Positions 9,524 through 20,077 of a DNA stretch of 64,000 nt are shown here, one piece after another; within the stretch, counting starts at the first letter, position 1, and each line of letters begins with the position of its first letter. The notes beneath the pieces are model-generated. The model ran no database searches and was not told the DNA's origin. It worked only from the letters and a program-made list of their open reading frames with translations. The stretch is from the NCBI GenBank assembly GCA_050115495.1, contig JASFQK010000033.1, positions 1-64,000 of the forward strand, read 5' to 3'. The position numbers and the translations under genes are program-made. The stretch is from Phycisphaerae bacterium (GTDB lineage Bacteria > Planctomycetota > Phycisphaerae > UBA1845 > Fen-1342).

Positions 9524-10780
9524 ATGCTCGCTCGCCTGACTATCGCACTCCTGTTGCTCCCGGCAATCGTGTTGGCCGGGGCGAACGACCCCTACTTCAT
9601 TCAGCTAGGCACGCTGCCAGGGTCATTGGACAGCAGCTACGCCACCGCCATTTCCGCCGACGCGCGCTTCATCACCGGTGGAGCGAACTCCAGCAACGGC
9701 AACGAGGCCTTCCTCTGGGAAGACGGCACGATGACCGCCCTCGGCTACATCCCGCCGGACGGCGGCTCGTTCAGTGAGGCCTACGGCGTCTCGCTGTCGG
9801 GCGTCGTTGTCGGGCAGTCCTTCAACGGCACGCAGATCGAGGCGTTCCGCTGGGAAAACGGCGTGATGGTGGGTATCGGCGGTCTGGCCCCGTCGACCGC
9901 GAACACCTGGAGCCTCGCCGAAGGGATCTCCGACGACGGCTCGACGATCGTCGGCTTCTCCCGGACGACGGTCGAGGGCATCGAGGCCTTCCGCTGGACC
10001 GCGGCCGAGGGCATGATCGGCCTCGGTGACTTCGACGGCGGTTCGTTCGCCAGCGTGGCCCGCGGCTGCAACGCCGACGGCAGCATCATCTTCGGCGACG
10101 GCACGACGGCCAACGGCGGCCGGGCCTTCACCTGGACCGAGGCTGATGGCATGCAGCAGCTGACCGGCTTGGCCAACAGCAGCAGCGTCGCCTTCGACTC
10201 CAACCCCGATGGCAACATCATCGTCGGGCGCAGCGTGGCCCCCGACGGTTACGACAAGCTCGTCCGCTGGGTCGACGGCCAGGTGGAGAATCTCGGCGCG
10301 CTGGACAGTGAGGAACCATTCGGCATGGCCTGGGCCTGCTCGGCCGACGGCAACGTCGTGGTCGGCAACAGCTTCGTGGATCCGTACACCGAGGCGGTCA
10401 TCTGGACGCCGAAGACCGGCCTTCTGCACCTGCAGACGTACGCCCAGACGGCGTACGGCCTCGACCTCAGCGGCTGGATTCTCTTCGACGCCAACGACGT
10501 CTCGGACGACGGCCGCTACATCACCGGCCAGGGCCTCTGCCCGGCAGGCCCCCTCATGGGCTTCCTGATGTACCTGCCGCCGCTGGACATGGGCGACATG
10601 AACTGCGACGGCGAAGTCAACAACTTCGACATCGCCCCGTTCGTCCTGGCCGTGACCAATCCTGAGGGCTACGCTGAAGCGTATCCCGGTTGCGACATCA
10701 TCAATGGCGACATCACCGGTGACGGTATTGTCAACAACTTCGACATTTCGCCGTTCGTGGGTCTGCTCGCCGGCAAGTAA
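9524..10780 (+). CDS. Secreted HAF-type extracellular-repeat protein with C-terminal dockerin-like domain
   Basis: GGAGGTG RBS, signal peptide, repeated S.A.GIS.DG..IVG...EAFRW units and a GDMNCDG.VNNFDI duplicated tail. Confidence 0.85.
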   Translation: MLARLTIALLLLPAIVLAGANDPYFIQLGTLPGSLDSSYATAISADARFITGGANSSNGNEAFLWEDGTMTALGYIPPDGGSFSEAYGVSLSGVVVGQSFNGTQIEAFRWENGVMVGIGGLAPSTANTWSLAEGISDDGSTIVGFSRTTVEGIEAFRWTAAEGMIGLGDFDGGSFASVARGCNADGSIIFGDGTTANGGRAFTWTEADGMQQLTGLANSSSVAFDSNPDGNIIVGRSVAPDGYDKLVRWVDGQVENLGALDSEEPFGMAWACSADGNVVVGNSFVDPYTEAVIWTPKTGLLHLQTYAQTAYGLDLSGWILFDANDVSDDGRYITGQGLCPAGPLMGFLMYLPPLDMGDMNCDGEVNNFDIAPFVLAVTNPEGYAEAYPGCDIINGDITGDGIVNNFDISPFVGLLAGK

Positions 10781-10813
10781 GACGAAGCAACTAACTAACT
10801 GACTGACCGACGA

Positions 10814-10856
10814 ACACGCCGTCGAGCCGTCGAAACAGGCGGTTCGGCGGCGTGTG
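10814..10856 (+). terminator. GC-rich hairpin after the HAF gene
   Basis: ACACGCCGTCGAGCCGTC-loop-GGCGGTTCGGCGGCGTGT with G-U pairs and a weak U tract. Confidence 0.5.
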
Positions 10857-11103
10857 GTCATTTGCGTTCGCATCGGCTGTATTGGATGCGAAGAGGTGTA
10901 GGCTGCGCAGGGGGCGTCGCTGAAGTATTTGCCTTATTGCAGGGCCTTGATGAATAGTGTTACGATACACGCGGCGTGATAGGTGCGCTGTCGGGCGGCG
11001 CACCGGAGGGGTCGGCGGGCCTGACGGCCGCCGACGCGCACGCTGACACATCTCACTCGCGGCGCGGGGTTGCTCCGGCGGCGGGTTCAGGGAGCGAAGG
11101 GCC

Positions 11104-13953
11104 ATGAACATCGACGACTTTCAGTTGAAGGCGACGTTGCAGCGTTTCAACGAACGCAGGCAGGCGCGGGACCGCAACGAGCGTCTCATCCGGGCGAGGC
11201 GTTTCCTCGAGGTGGACCGGCCGGAGCGGGTCGAGAAGTTCCTCACCCGGCAGGGCTTCTCACCGCGGGATCGCGAGACCATGCTGCGCCACAAGGGGCG
11301 CGGCACGCCGCTGGCCAGCGAGGCCGTTGCCGGTCTGTCCGAGCCGTTCGCCCTCGAGCGGGTGCTGGGCACGAACGACTTGATGGGGGTGGCGTTTCTG
11401 TCGAGCGGGCTGCGCGCCGCCCGTACGGTCGGCCGCATCTGGATCGGCGTCGCCGCCGGACGGCCGCAGGGGTACGGGACGGGCTTCATGGTCTCGCCGC
11501 GGCTGCTGCTGACCAACAACCACGTTCTGGGCGACAGGGAACTTGCCCGGAAGTCGCTGGTGGAGTTTGACTACGAGTTGGGTGACGACGGTCGCATTCG
11601 GGCGTCCACCTGCTTCGCTTTCGACCCGGCGACGTTCCACCTGACCGATCGCGCACTCGATTACGCCCTGGTCGCCGTGCAGCCGGCACCCCTGAATGGC
11701 AATACGCAGTTGGCGGAGATCGGCTGGAACCGGCTGATCGAGGAGCAGGGCAAAGCGATCGCCGCTCAATGGCTCAACATCGTGCAGCACCCAAACGCCG
11801 AGCCGAAGCAGCTTGTCCTGCGCGAGAACCAGCTCATCGACGTGCTGGAGCAGTTTCTGCACTACCGGTCGGACACGTCGCCCGGCTCGTCGGGCTCGCC
11901 GGTGTACAACGATCGCTGGGAGGTCGTGGCGCTGCATCACTCGGGCGTGCCGGATCGGACCGCCGCCGGCGATCTGAAAGCGATAGACGGGCAGGTGTGG
12001 CGCCCGGAGATGGGGGAGCAGCGGGTCAAGTGGATCGCCAACGAGGGGGCTCGCATCAGCCGGGTGGTCGCCCATCTTCGGCAGCAGGCGATGTCGGCCG
12101 CCGAGCTGCGGTTGTTCGAGGAGATCTTCACGGATCCGCCGACGCCGACGGCGCCCGACGAACGTCAGCCGGTTCCGCCGGGCCCCGGCGTTGCGTCAGA
12201 CGTGTCGGTCGGGGCCGACGGCAGCGCGACTTGGACGGTCCCGTTGACCGTGACGGTTCGTGTCGGCGGTGCGGCCGGGCCACCGGCCGGTCCGGGCGGG
12301 GCTCCGCTGCCGGGATCGCCGCGACGGGGGCCGGATGGTCCGGACAGCGGTGGCGGGGACGGGCCGGCGGAGCTCCTGGCGGCCGCGAAACGCGAGTTGG
12401 GCCAGCGGGCGGACGTGCTGAACGTCCGGCTCGGCTACGTCTTCAAGAACGGCTGGATCACGAAGGACCGGGCGGTCGTCGTGACCGTCGCCCGGCGGCG
12501 GGCGCCGGCCGAGCTGCGTGAGGCGGGCATCTCGCCGCTGCCGGACCGCTTTCGCGATTTGCCGGTCGAGGTGACGAACCCGTCGGTCGAGGACCTGGTG
12601 CGGATGGCCCGCGGGCCGGCGGCGGTGGAGGCCGCCTTCGCCGACGCGGATGTCCGCACGGAGGAGATCACGTATACGCCGCCGGATGGGTTGCTGTCGC
12701 CGGTGAGCGGGCGGATGCGCGTCGTGGCGCACGTGAGCCCCGAGGAGGGGTGGTCGCAGCTTTCGAAGTTCCTGCGGGCCACGAAGAAGCGGCTGGTCAT
12801 CGGCATGTACGACTTCGGCGCGCCGCACGTGGTGGATGCGGTAGAGACGTGCGGCCGGAAGACGCGGTTCCAGAAGCTCACGCTGGTGATGCAGGCCGGC
12901 GAGAGCGTCGGCTCGGGTACGAAGAAGGACGATCTGAAGGATGCGGAAGTCGTAGAGCAGTTCCGCGACGCGCTGCACAGCAAGTTCGAGAACGCCTGGG
13001 TGAAGATCGGGTCGGTCAATGGCTGGGTGGCGAGCTCCTATCACATCAAGGTGATCGTCCGCGATCAGAACGCCTTCTGGCTGTCGAGCGGCAACCTGCA
13101 ATCCTCCAACCAGCCGAAGTCCAACGGTAGCATGAAGACCAGTGCGCTGCGGAAGTACAACCGCGAATGGCACGCGATCGTCGAGCACGCCGGGCTGGCG
13201 AAGGTGTACGAGCGGTTCCTCCTGCACGATTACGAGAACAACCGCCACTTCCAGCCCCGGGAGTCGCTCGAGCTGGCGGGCGTCGACAACCTGCCCGATC
13301 TCCTGCTGCCCGCGTCGTTCTTCGAGCCGGACGCGGAGGAGCGGGCGGCGTCGCTGAAGCTGTTCCAGCCGTACGACCGGACGCGTGTCTTCCGCGTGCA
13401 ACCGCTGCTGACGCCGGACAACTACCACGAGCACGCCCTGGAGCTGGTCCGCAGCGCTCAGGAGGAGTTGCTCATCCAAAACCAGACGTTCAATGCGCCG
13501 CGTGAAAGCCACGAGAGCCTCCGCGAGTTGCTGTCGGCGATTCTGGAGCGGCAGCGCGCCGGCGTGCAGGTGCGGATCATCTTCCGCCTGCTGTTCGCGT
13601 CGAAGGCCCGGGCGAACCTCGAAGCCCTGCAGGACCTCGGGTTCGATATGGATTCGATCCGCGTCCAGAAGAACTGCCACACGAAGGGCATCATCGCCGA
13701 CGGGCAGCGGGTGATGCTGGGCAGCCAGAACCTGTCGAACCAGGGCGTGTCGGTCAATCGGGACGCTAGCCTGCTGTTCGACGATGCCGAGCTGGCCGGC
13801 CACTTCAAGGGCATCTTCGAGCATGACTGGGCGGGTCTGGCCCGGCAGAACATCGGCCACGAGGACTTACCGATCGAGTGGGCGACGGCCGAGACCGCCA
13901 CGCCGAAGGGCTCGGTGCGCCTGACGTGGAAGGACTACATGGAGATGTGCTAG
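11104..13953 (+). CDS. Trypsin-like serine protease fused to a two-HKD phospholipase D/nuclease module
   Basis: GTGFMV..LLLTNNHV (His), LDYALV (Asp), DTSPGSSGSPV (Ser). HIKVIVRD...SSGN and HTKGIIAD...GSQN are HKD motifs. No signal peptide. Confidence 0.88.
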   Translation: MNIDDFQLKATLQRFNERRQARDRNERLIRARRFLEVDRPERVEKFLTRQGFSPRDRETMLRHKGRGTPLASEAVAGLSEPFALERVLGTNDLMGVAFLSSGLRAARTVGRIWIGVAAGRPQGYGTGFMVSPRLLLTNNHVLGDRELARKSLVEFDYELGDDGRIRASTCFAFDPATFHLTDRALDYALVAVQPAPLNGNTQLAEIGWNRLIEEQGKAIAAQWLNIVQHPNAEPKQLVLRENQLIDVLEQFLHYRSDTSPGSSGSPVYNDRWEVVALHHSGVPDRTAAGDLKAIDGQVWRPEMGEQRVKWIANEGARISRVVAHLRQQAMSAAELRLFEEIFTDPPTPTAPDERQPVPPGPGVASDVSVGADGSATWTVPLTVTVRVGGAAGPPAGPGGAPLPGSPRRGPDGPDSGGGDGPAELLAAAKRELGQRADVLNVRLGYVFKNGWITKDRAVVVTVARRRAPAELREAGISPLPDRFRDLPVEVTNPSVEDLVRMARGPAAVEAAFADADVRTEEITYTPPDGLLSPVSGRMRVVAHVSPEEGWSQLSKFLRATKKRLVIGMYDFGAPHVVDAVETCGRKTRFQKLTLVMQAGESVGSGTKKDDLKDAEVVEQFRDALHSKFENAWVKIGSVNGWVASSYHIKVIVRDQNAFWLSSGNLQSSNQPKSNGSMKTSALRKYNREWHAIVEHAGLAKVYERFLLHDYENNRHFQPRESLELAGVDNLPDLLLPASFFEPDAEERAASLKLFQPYDRTRVFRVQPLLTPDNYHEHALELVRSAQEELLIQNQTFNAPRESHESLRELLSAILERQRAGVQVRIIFRLLFASKARANLEALQDLGFDMDSIRVQKNCHTKGIIADGQRVMLGSQNLSNQGVSVNRDASLLFDDAELAGHFKGIFEHDWAGLARQNIGHEDLPIEWATAETATPKGSVRLTWKDYMEMC

Positions 13954-14037
13954 GGCCGCGACGCCGCCTCCCCTGATTCGTCTTCCCGCCGATCTGCGAG
14001 CAGCGTTCTCCCGGGGCCGTCCGGCTGCCGTGGGGCC

Positions 14038-16938
14038 CTACTGCATACCGCCCCACTGCACCGAACCACCGTAGCCGCCCGATCTGATCTCGTAACCCCG
14101 TGACCGTGCCCAGGTCTTCGCCGCCTGACGCAGTCTCTCGTTCCCGCAGTTCAGGTAGACCTCGGCCATCGGTACGCTGCCACAAGCGTGGAGCTGTTGG
14201 CACAGCGAGTCGAGAACCTCCGGCTTGCCGATGGCGACCAGCGCGGAGACGGCGTTTGCGACCTTGTGCTGCTGATCCGCGGCGGCATCCGAGAGCAGGA
14301 CCTCGCTCACCATCGGCCACATGGCGTCGATTGCCTTCAAGTCTCTCTTAGCGATGTGGTAGTACACGCGGTGCCGGTCACTCAGGGGAACCCAGTTCAT
14401 GTCGTCCAGGTCCAGGGCTGCTCCGGGGCCGATCATCCAATCGCCGAGTGTATCCGCGCAGGCCGGTGCGTAGCGCCCCTCGTCCAGGATAACCAACGAG
14501 CCCCACGCTGCCTCTCGGACCTCGGTCGACTCGTCACCCAGCAGCCGGATCAACGCGTGGACGGCTCGCCCGTCGCCCAGTTTGCCGAGCGCATACGCCA
14601 CGGCGCCGCGGACGCTGTCGCTGGAATCACGTGATGCCTGCAGCAGCGCGTCCAGCGAAGCCGGGTTCTTGAGGTGCGCCAGAGACCACGCGGCCGCGGC
14701 ACGGACATCCGCCGTTTGGTCGACATGCGCATATCGACCGGCGCCTGCCGAATGCCGATCGAACGAGTGGGCATACACCCACTTCCTGATCACCTCCTTA
14801 TTCAGCAGTGCCTCGATGAGTGGGGCCACGGCTTGGCAATCCCCTATCTTCCACAGGTTTTCCGCCGCCACCTCCCTCAAATCGTAGTAGGTCGAAGACA
14901 GGAGGGGCAGAATGTGACGCAACGCCCGGGCGTCGCGCGTCTCGCACAGCGCCTCGATCGCCGCTTTTGTCGGCCGATGTTCGAGCTGTTGTGCGAGTGC
15001 GGGGATAGCCGGTGCACCGATCTGGCCCAGGACTGTCGTTACACTGCCAACGTCACCCAGCAACTCAATCAGCGGCGGGACGGCGTCGCCTCCGTACTTC
15101 ACGACCTCGCTCCATCTGCGGTTCGCCACGAGAAAACGAATTCCCGGCAATCCCGAAGGTTGCGGTGCGCCTAACCTTCCGAGTGCGACACCCGCGGCAC
15201 ACCATATCGTCGGCACCTCATCGTTGAGCACTTCGATCAGTGCCTGTTGAATCCGCGGGTCGTCCTGATAGCCCAGCGCCCTTACCGACCACAGCCGTAC
15301 GGAATAGCTTTCGTCCTTCAAAGCCGCGAGGAGTGCGTCGACGTCTCCAGCCCCGGCCTTCTCCAACCCGGTCCCCACGGCGCTTTCGAGCCATCCGTTG
15401 CAGTTGCCCTCGCGCAGCTCGTTCAGCAGCAGTTCCACAGTCTCCTTGTGCGGCAGGACCTCGAGACCCTCAATAGCCGCCGAGCGATCTGTATCGTCCC
15501 CCTCTGCGATCCACTCGGCAAACGCCTGGACTCCGCGGTCGTCGCCCAGGCGGATCAACTCCCGGGCGGCGGCGAACCGTACCGCGTGCTCACTGCCCTG
15601 CCGCATGCCGCGGACCAGCCACGCCTTACGCTTCTCCCCCGGCGCCTGCTTGTGCAGTCGATCGAGCAGTCGCAGATCACTGTCACGCACGGCGTCGGGC
15701 GAACTGCCACTACTCGCCTCCGAATGCGAGTCCCGCCCCAGTTCCTCCTCGATCAGCTTGCTCCAGCGGTAGCGCGCGTCCTCCATCAGCATGGTCAGTT
15801 GTGCGTCTGCGTTTAGCTTTCGCAACACGCGGGCGGCTTCTCTGGCCGTCGTGCTGTCGTCGGCCTGGCGGAGTACGTCCGTGATGAACGTGATGCATTC
15901 ATCGCCGCCCAGCTCGACAAGCTGGTACCACCGCCGCAGCGCCACCAGGTGTTGAAGCTGCTGCGCGGTATCGCGCGGCTGCCACTCGACGGATGAGAGC
16001 GCCTCAGCCGCCCAGTAGGTCACGGTGGTGTCCTTCTCGGCGAGTGCTTGCTCCAGCACCTCTATGCCCTGCGGCCCGATCCGGGAGAGAACGGCGGCTG
16101 CCGAGAAGCCGCACGCAAAGGGATGGTTTGCTCGGCGTCGTGCATTGATCTCCATGGAGATCGTGCCGGCGTAGGACCCGTGCAGGCTGCGGTGCGTCGA
16201 GCCTTTCCTCGACCCACCGTACAACTTCTCCGACTCAAACCGGTGTTTCCTGGCAGCTTGCTCCCGAAGATCCGCAGCCAACGCAGGCACGGCCGGTGCA
16301 CCGATCTCGACCAGTGCTGCCGCCGCAGCCCGGACCACCTCCGGCGTGTCGTCCTGCAGCGCTGCAATCAGGGGCTCTATGCCGGCCGTGCAGCGAGACG
16401 CCCCCAGCGCCCAAGCGGCAGCCCTGCGCACCTGCCATGCCGGATCCCCCAGGCCGGTGACGCAGGCGGCCATTCGTGCCGACGGCTCGATTGCGGTCGC
16501 CGGTTGCTCCGCAGCAGGCAGACCGCCCATCGCGATCAGCGCCGCCGCCCGCACCCATTCATCGTCGTCGCCGGCGAGCGTCAGCAACATGGGCTCAGCG
16601 CCGGCGTCCCGCTGCCGAAACGCCAACACCGCAGCGGCGGCGCGTCCTTGCCAGCGCTCACCCTGAGCATCCGCAATCGTCTTCGGATCCGAGAGCGCCA
16701 TCAGCCGTTCGGTGGCGGCTGCATCCGGATCGACCCGGGTCTCCAGACCGGACCCGGAGGTGGAAGACTGGGGGCGAGCCCGCCCGTCCCGTGCTCGTCG
16801 CGTTTTGTCCGGCCCGCCCGACGAGCAACCCCACACAGCCAGGAAAACCACGCAACCGGCCACTGCAATCCGGGCGACCGCTACTCGAAATGTCTCCACG
16901 GCAAAACTCCCCATCACGTGGTACTGCCCGCGCTTCAC
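14038..16938 (-). CDS. HEAT-repeat (PBS lyase-like) lipoprotein
   Basis: FLAVWGC lipobox and many VRxAAAxALG / AVxxLIxxLxD repeats. Confidence 0.85.
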   Translation of the reverse strand: MKRGQYHVMGSFAVETFRVAVARIAVAGCVVFLAVWGCSSGGPDKTRRARDGRARPQSSTSGSGLETRVDPDAAATERLMALSDPKTIADAQGERWQGRAAAAVLAFRQRDAGAEPMLLTLAGDDDEWVRAAALIAMGGLPAAEQPATAIEPSARMAACVTGLGDPAWQVRRAAAWALGASRCTAGIEPLIAALQDDTPEVVRAAAAALVEIGAPAVPALAADLREQAARKHRFESEKLYGGSRKGSTHRSLHGSYAGTISMEINARRRANHPFACGFSAAAVLSRIGPQGIEVLEQALAEKDTTVTYWAAEALSSVEWQPRDTAQQLQHLVALRRWYQLVELGGDECITFITDVLRQADDSTTAREAARVLRKLNADAQLTMLMEDARYRWSKLIEEELGRDSHSEASSGSSPDAVRDSDLRLLDRLHKQAPGEKRKAWLVRGMRQGSEHAVRFAAARELIRLGDDRGVQAFAEWIAEGDDTDRSAAIEGLEVLPHKETVELLLNELREGNCNGWLESAVGTGLEKAGAGDVDALLAALKDESYSVRLWSVRALGYQDDPRIQQALIEVLNDEVPTIWCAAGVALGRLGAPQPSGLPGIRFLVANRRWSEVVKYGGDAVPPLIELLGDVGSVTTVLGQIGAPAIPALAQQLEHRPTKAAIEALCETRDARALRHILPLLSSTYYDLREVAAENLWKIGDCQAVAPLIEALLNKEVIRKWVYAHSFDRHSAGAGRYAHVDQTADVRAAAAWSLAHLKNPASLDALLQASRDSSDSVRGAVAYALGKLGDGRAVHALIRLLGDESTEVREAAWGSLVILDEGRYAPACADTLGDWMIGPGAALDLDDMNWVPLSDRHRVYYHIAKRDLKAIDAMWPMVSEVLLSDAAADQQHKVANAVSALVAIGKPEVLDSLCQQLHACGSVPMAEVYLNCGNERLRQAAKTWARSRGYEIRSGGYGGSVQWGGMQ

Positions 16939-17090
16939 GGCTGACGCCGTTCAGCACCAGCGGACGATTACTCAGACTCCGCCTCACACGTGGTGTGACC
17001 AGTCTATGGCGGAGTCTCTCACATGATCGGAGCGGTTGTCAAACCTCCGCCTGCGGGATGTTGCCCGTGAGGAGGTTGACGAAGGGGGGC

Positions 17091-17146
17091 GACATGCTGC
17101 GCTCGGGCATGCCACACGACGTAGCGTCCGGGCTTTGTACCGGACG
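17091..17146. repeat. REP-like copies (degenerate CATG family plus a CGTAG hairpin)
   Basis: 17120-17146 CGTAGCGTCCGGGCTTTGTACCGGACG is nearly the reverse complement of 1512-1538. GCATGCCACAC matches the 1448-1481 family. Confidence 0.75.
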
Positions 17147-17175
17147 GCTCTTGCGCGTCAGGCACGACTCGCCGG

Positions 17176-19803
17176 TCACTTGCCCAACAGCAGTTCCACG
17201 AACGGGCCGATGTCGAAGTTGTTCACTTCACCGTCGTCGTTGATGTCGGCCAGTTGGCGGTCGCAGTCCGGGTACGCCGTCGCGTAGCCCTCTTCGTTCG
17301 TGAGGGCCAGTACGAACGGGCTGATGTCGAAGTTGTTGACGGCGCCGTCGCAGTTGAGATCGCCGATGATGCAGCCGTTCGGGCCGACGGGCGTGCCGGC
17401 GGGGGTGTTCGGGCAGTGGTCGCAAGTGTTGCCCACGCCGTCGCCGTCGTCGTCTTCCTGGTTGGGGTTGTACGTCTCCGGGCAGTTGTCACAGGCGTAG
17501 CCGATGTTGTCGCTGTCACCGTCGACCTGGTCGGGGTTGTAGGTGTACGGGCAGTTGTCGGCCACGTCGTTGCACAGATCGCCGTCGGCGTCGAGGAACG
17601 TGTCCGGGGCGTGGTTGTAGCGCAGGACGAGCAGGCTCATACCTGGCAGCGTCAGGTAGGCGGACTGAGCGAAGCCGTCGTAGTCGTCCCCACTGGTCTG
17701 GATGCCGCCGGGATTGCCCTGGCCGCTGCCCTCGTAGCCGGCGGACTGGCTGCTGATGAGCTCGTACCACGTGCCCTCGTTGGGCATGCCGATCTGATAG
17801 TTGTAGAACGTGTTGTTGTTGAAGTTGGCGACGAGGACGATGACGTTGCCGCTCGTGTCCCAGCGCTGCATGGCGAGGACGTTGTCGCCGTCGTTGACGT
17901 GGTAGACGTGGTAGACCTGGTAGCCGGCGTTGGCTCGCAGGGCGCCGTTGCTCTTGCGCACGGCGATGGCGTCGCGGTAGTAGCGGAAGATGCCGGCGTG
18001 GGCGGTTTTCATCTCCCAGTTGATGCGGTTCTCGGGGTCGTTGTCCCAGTCGCCGGCGCCGAAGTCGGTGTCTTCGAGCCACTCGGTGCCCATGAGAATG
18101 GCGGGGATGCCGGGCGTGAAGAGCACGAGGCCCTCACCGAGCTTGGTGCGACCCTTGGCGTAGACGCTGTCGTGCGGCCACGTCGGATCGATCGTGCGGA
18201 CGAGGCGCTGGCCGCCGCTGTCGGGCCAGGCTTCATCGTGCAACTCGATGTAGTTGATGCGCTGGCTCGGCGCCAGGTTGGTATCGGTGGCGTAGATGGC
18301 GTTGCGGACGGCCCACATGTTCGGATCGCCGCTGGCGGCGTCGAGGATGGCCCCGCGCAGCGCATCGCGGAACTGCATGTGATACTGGGCGTCGAAGCCC
18401 GCCCCGCCCGAACCCGTGTTGTACGTCACCCACGGGTCGGTGGGCAACTGCTCGGCGATGGCGATCTTGTCGGCAAACCGCCGGTTGATCCAGTCATTCG
18501 CCTGCTGCATGATCAGCCAGCCGTTGGCCTCCTGGTACGCGTTCATGAAGTCGGTACCGTCGAAGCGGAAGCCGTCGGCTCGGTACTCCTCGAGCCAGTA
18601 GAGCATGCTGTCGACGAGGTACTCGCGCACCTCGCTACGGTCGAAGTCCATCTGCGGACCCCACCAGGTCTGCACGGGGGTGCTGTCGTAGTAGCACTGT
18701 GAGCCGACGAAGTCCCAGAGGAAATCGTCGGACGTGGCGTTGTGGTTCCAGACGACGTCGAAGATGGCGCCGATGCCCGCCTGGTGCAGGGCGTCGACCA
18801 TCATCTTGACCTCGTGCGGATGGCCGTACGCCGACTCGACCGCCCACTGCGAGACGGGGTTGTAGCCGGCGGACCAGTCCCAGGGGAACTCGGTGATGGG
18901 GCAGAACTGCACGGCGGTGACGCCGAGCTCCTGGAGGTACGCCACGCGGTCCATCACATCCCAATAGCGCGACGGATTCCACGTCGAGCCGAAGGGATCG
19001 TTGCGGCCGGCGAACGTGCCGACGTGCAACTGGTAGATGATCATGTCCTCGAAGGCGGGCGTCTCGTAGTCGTTACTGACCCAGTCATACGCGAAGGGAT
19101 CGACGCAGACGGCGTTGTAGTTGTTGCCGGGGTGGAGGGCGCGGGCCCGCGGGTCCGGCCGGTACATGCTGCCGTTGAAGACGTACTTGTAGTTGGCCTG
19201 GGGATCGTCGCGGGTGCCGGACTGCGCGGCGGGGACGTGGGCGACGAAGTAGCTGCCGAGGTGGGTCATCGTCGTGCCCGTGGACCAGCCGTTCCACCCG
19301 CCTTTGACCTGGGCCGAGCTGATCGTCGGTGCCCAGACCTTGAAGACGGCGCCGCCGTCGGACGTGGGCGTCGCGCCGAGCGGGGCGTGGCCGAGCTGGC
19401 TGAAGTTGATCTCGTAGCCGGCGGCCGGCGGGTTATCCGACATGCCGTCGGGTCCCCAGTAGTCGGTGTCCGTGCCGTCGGTGAGCTCGATGTAGTAATA
19501 GACAGTAGGAGTCGTGGTCTCGGGAACCTGTGCCGTCCAGACGGCGTACGGTCCGCGGTCATGGCTGTAGATGGCGTCGATCCACATGGTCGTGTCGGCG
19601 TCGACGCGCACGCGGGCCGACGTAATGTCGTACCGGTACACCTGGAAGCAGATCTCGAAGGGCTCGTTGTCGATCGGGCACAGCGGCCGGAGGTCCTGCC
19701 ATTGAACGTGCGATACGCCGTTCCATTCGATGTTGTTATCGGCCGAAGCAGCCGAGGCCAGCGGAACCACCAGCAAGACCAGAATTGCCAGACTCAGACG
19801 CAT
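17176..19803 (-). CDS. Secreted GH13 alpha-glucan enzyme (TreZ/branching-enzyme-like) with CBM48-like domain, thrombospondin type-3 repeats and dockerin-like tail
   Basis: Signal peptide, [27 protein letters not shown] (nucleophile), IAEQ, LHDE, DNCP..YNP.Q.D.DGD repeats and GDLNCDG.VNNFDI. Confidence 0.9.
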   Translation of the reverse strand: MRLSLAILVLLVVPLASAASADNNIEWNGVSHVQWQDLRPLCPIDNEPFEICFQVYRYDITSARVRVDADTTMWIDAIYSHDRGPYAVWTAQVPETTTPTVYYYIELTDGTDTDYWGPDGMSDNPPAAGYEINFSQLGHAPLGATPTSDGGAVFKVWAPTISSAQVKGGWNGWSTGTTMTHLGSYFVAHVPAAQSGTRDDPQANYKYVFNGSMYRPDPRARALHPGNNYNAVCVDPFAYDWVSNDYETPAFEDMIIYQLHVGTFAGRNDPFGSTWNPSRYWDVMDRVAYLQELGVTAVQFCPITEFPWDWSAGYNPVSQWAVESAYGHPHEVKMMVDALHQAGIGAIFDVVWNHNATSDDFLWDFVGSQCYYDSTPVQTWWGPQMDFDRSEVREYLVDSMLYWLEEYRADGFRFDGTDFMNAYQEANGWLIMQQANDWINRRFADKIAIAEQLPTDPWVTYNTGSGGAGFDAQYHMQFRDALRGAILDAASGDPNMWAVRNAIYATDTNLAPSQRINYIELHDEAWPDSGGQRLVRTIDPTWPHDSVYAKGRTKLGEGLVLFTPGIPAILMGTEWLEDTDFGAGDWDNDPENRINWEMKTAHAGIFRYYRDAIAVRKSNGALRANAGYQVYHVYHVNDGDNVLAMQRWDTSGNVIVLVANFNNNTFYNYQIGMPNEGTWYELISSQSAGYEGSGQGNPGGIQTSGDDYDGFAQSAYLTLPGMSLLVLRYNHAPDTFLDADGDLCNDVADNCPYTYNPDQVDGDSDNIGYACDNCPETYNPNQEDDDGDGVGNTCDHCPNTPAGTPVGPNGCIIGDLNCDGAVNNFDISPFVLALTNEEGYATAYPDCDRQLADINDDGEVNNFDIGPFVELLLGK

Positions 19804-20077
19804 ACCAGAGCTCCTTCAGCAGACGCCGGTGTAATCGGGTGATTTCGCGACAGCGCAGCCGCCGCGGTCGAAGCCATGCCAGCGCTCGCGCAATCGATGC
19901 ACCCATTATAGCCGTCGCCATGGCGGCGGCGAAGCCCATGTTGGTCGAAACACGCCGGCGCGTGCGCCGCTGGCGGCGTGTGGCGCGCACGGATTGGTTT
20001 TCACCGGGGCAACCGCTATGCTGCCGGTAGTCGGCAACGTGCCGATGATCGTGTGCGGCGGGGAGAGGCAAAGCGCT

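Noticed and set aside
10790..10812. AACT/GACT tetramer run
   Set aside because: Too short and degenerate to interpret.
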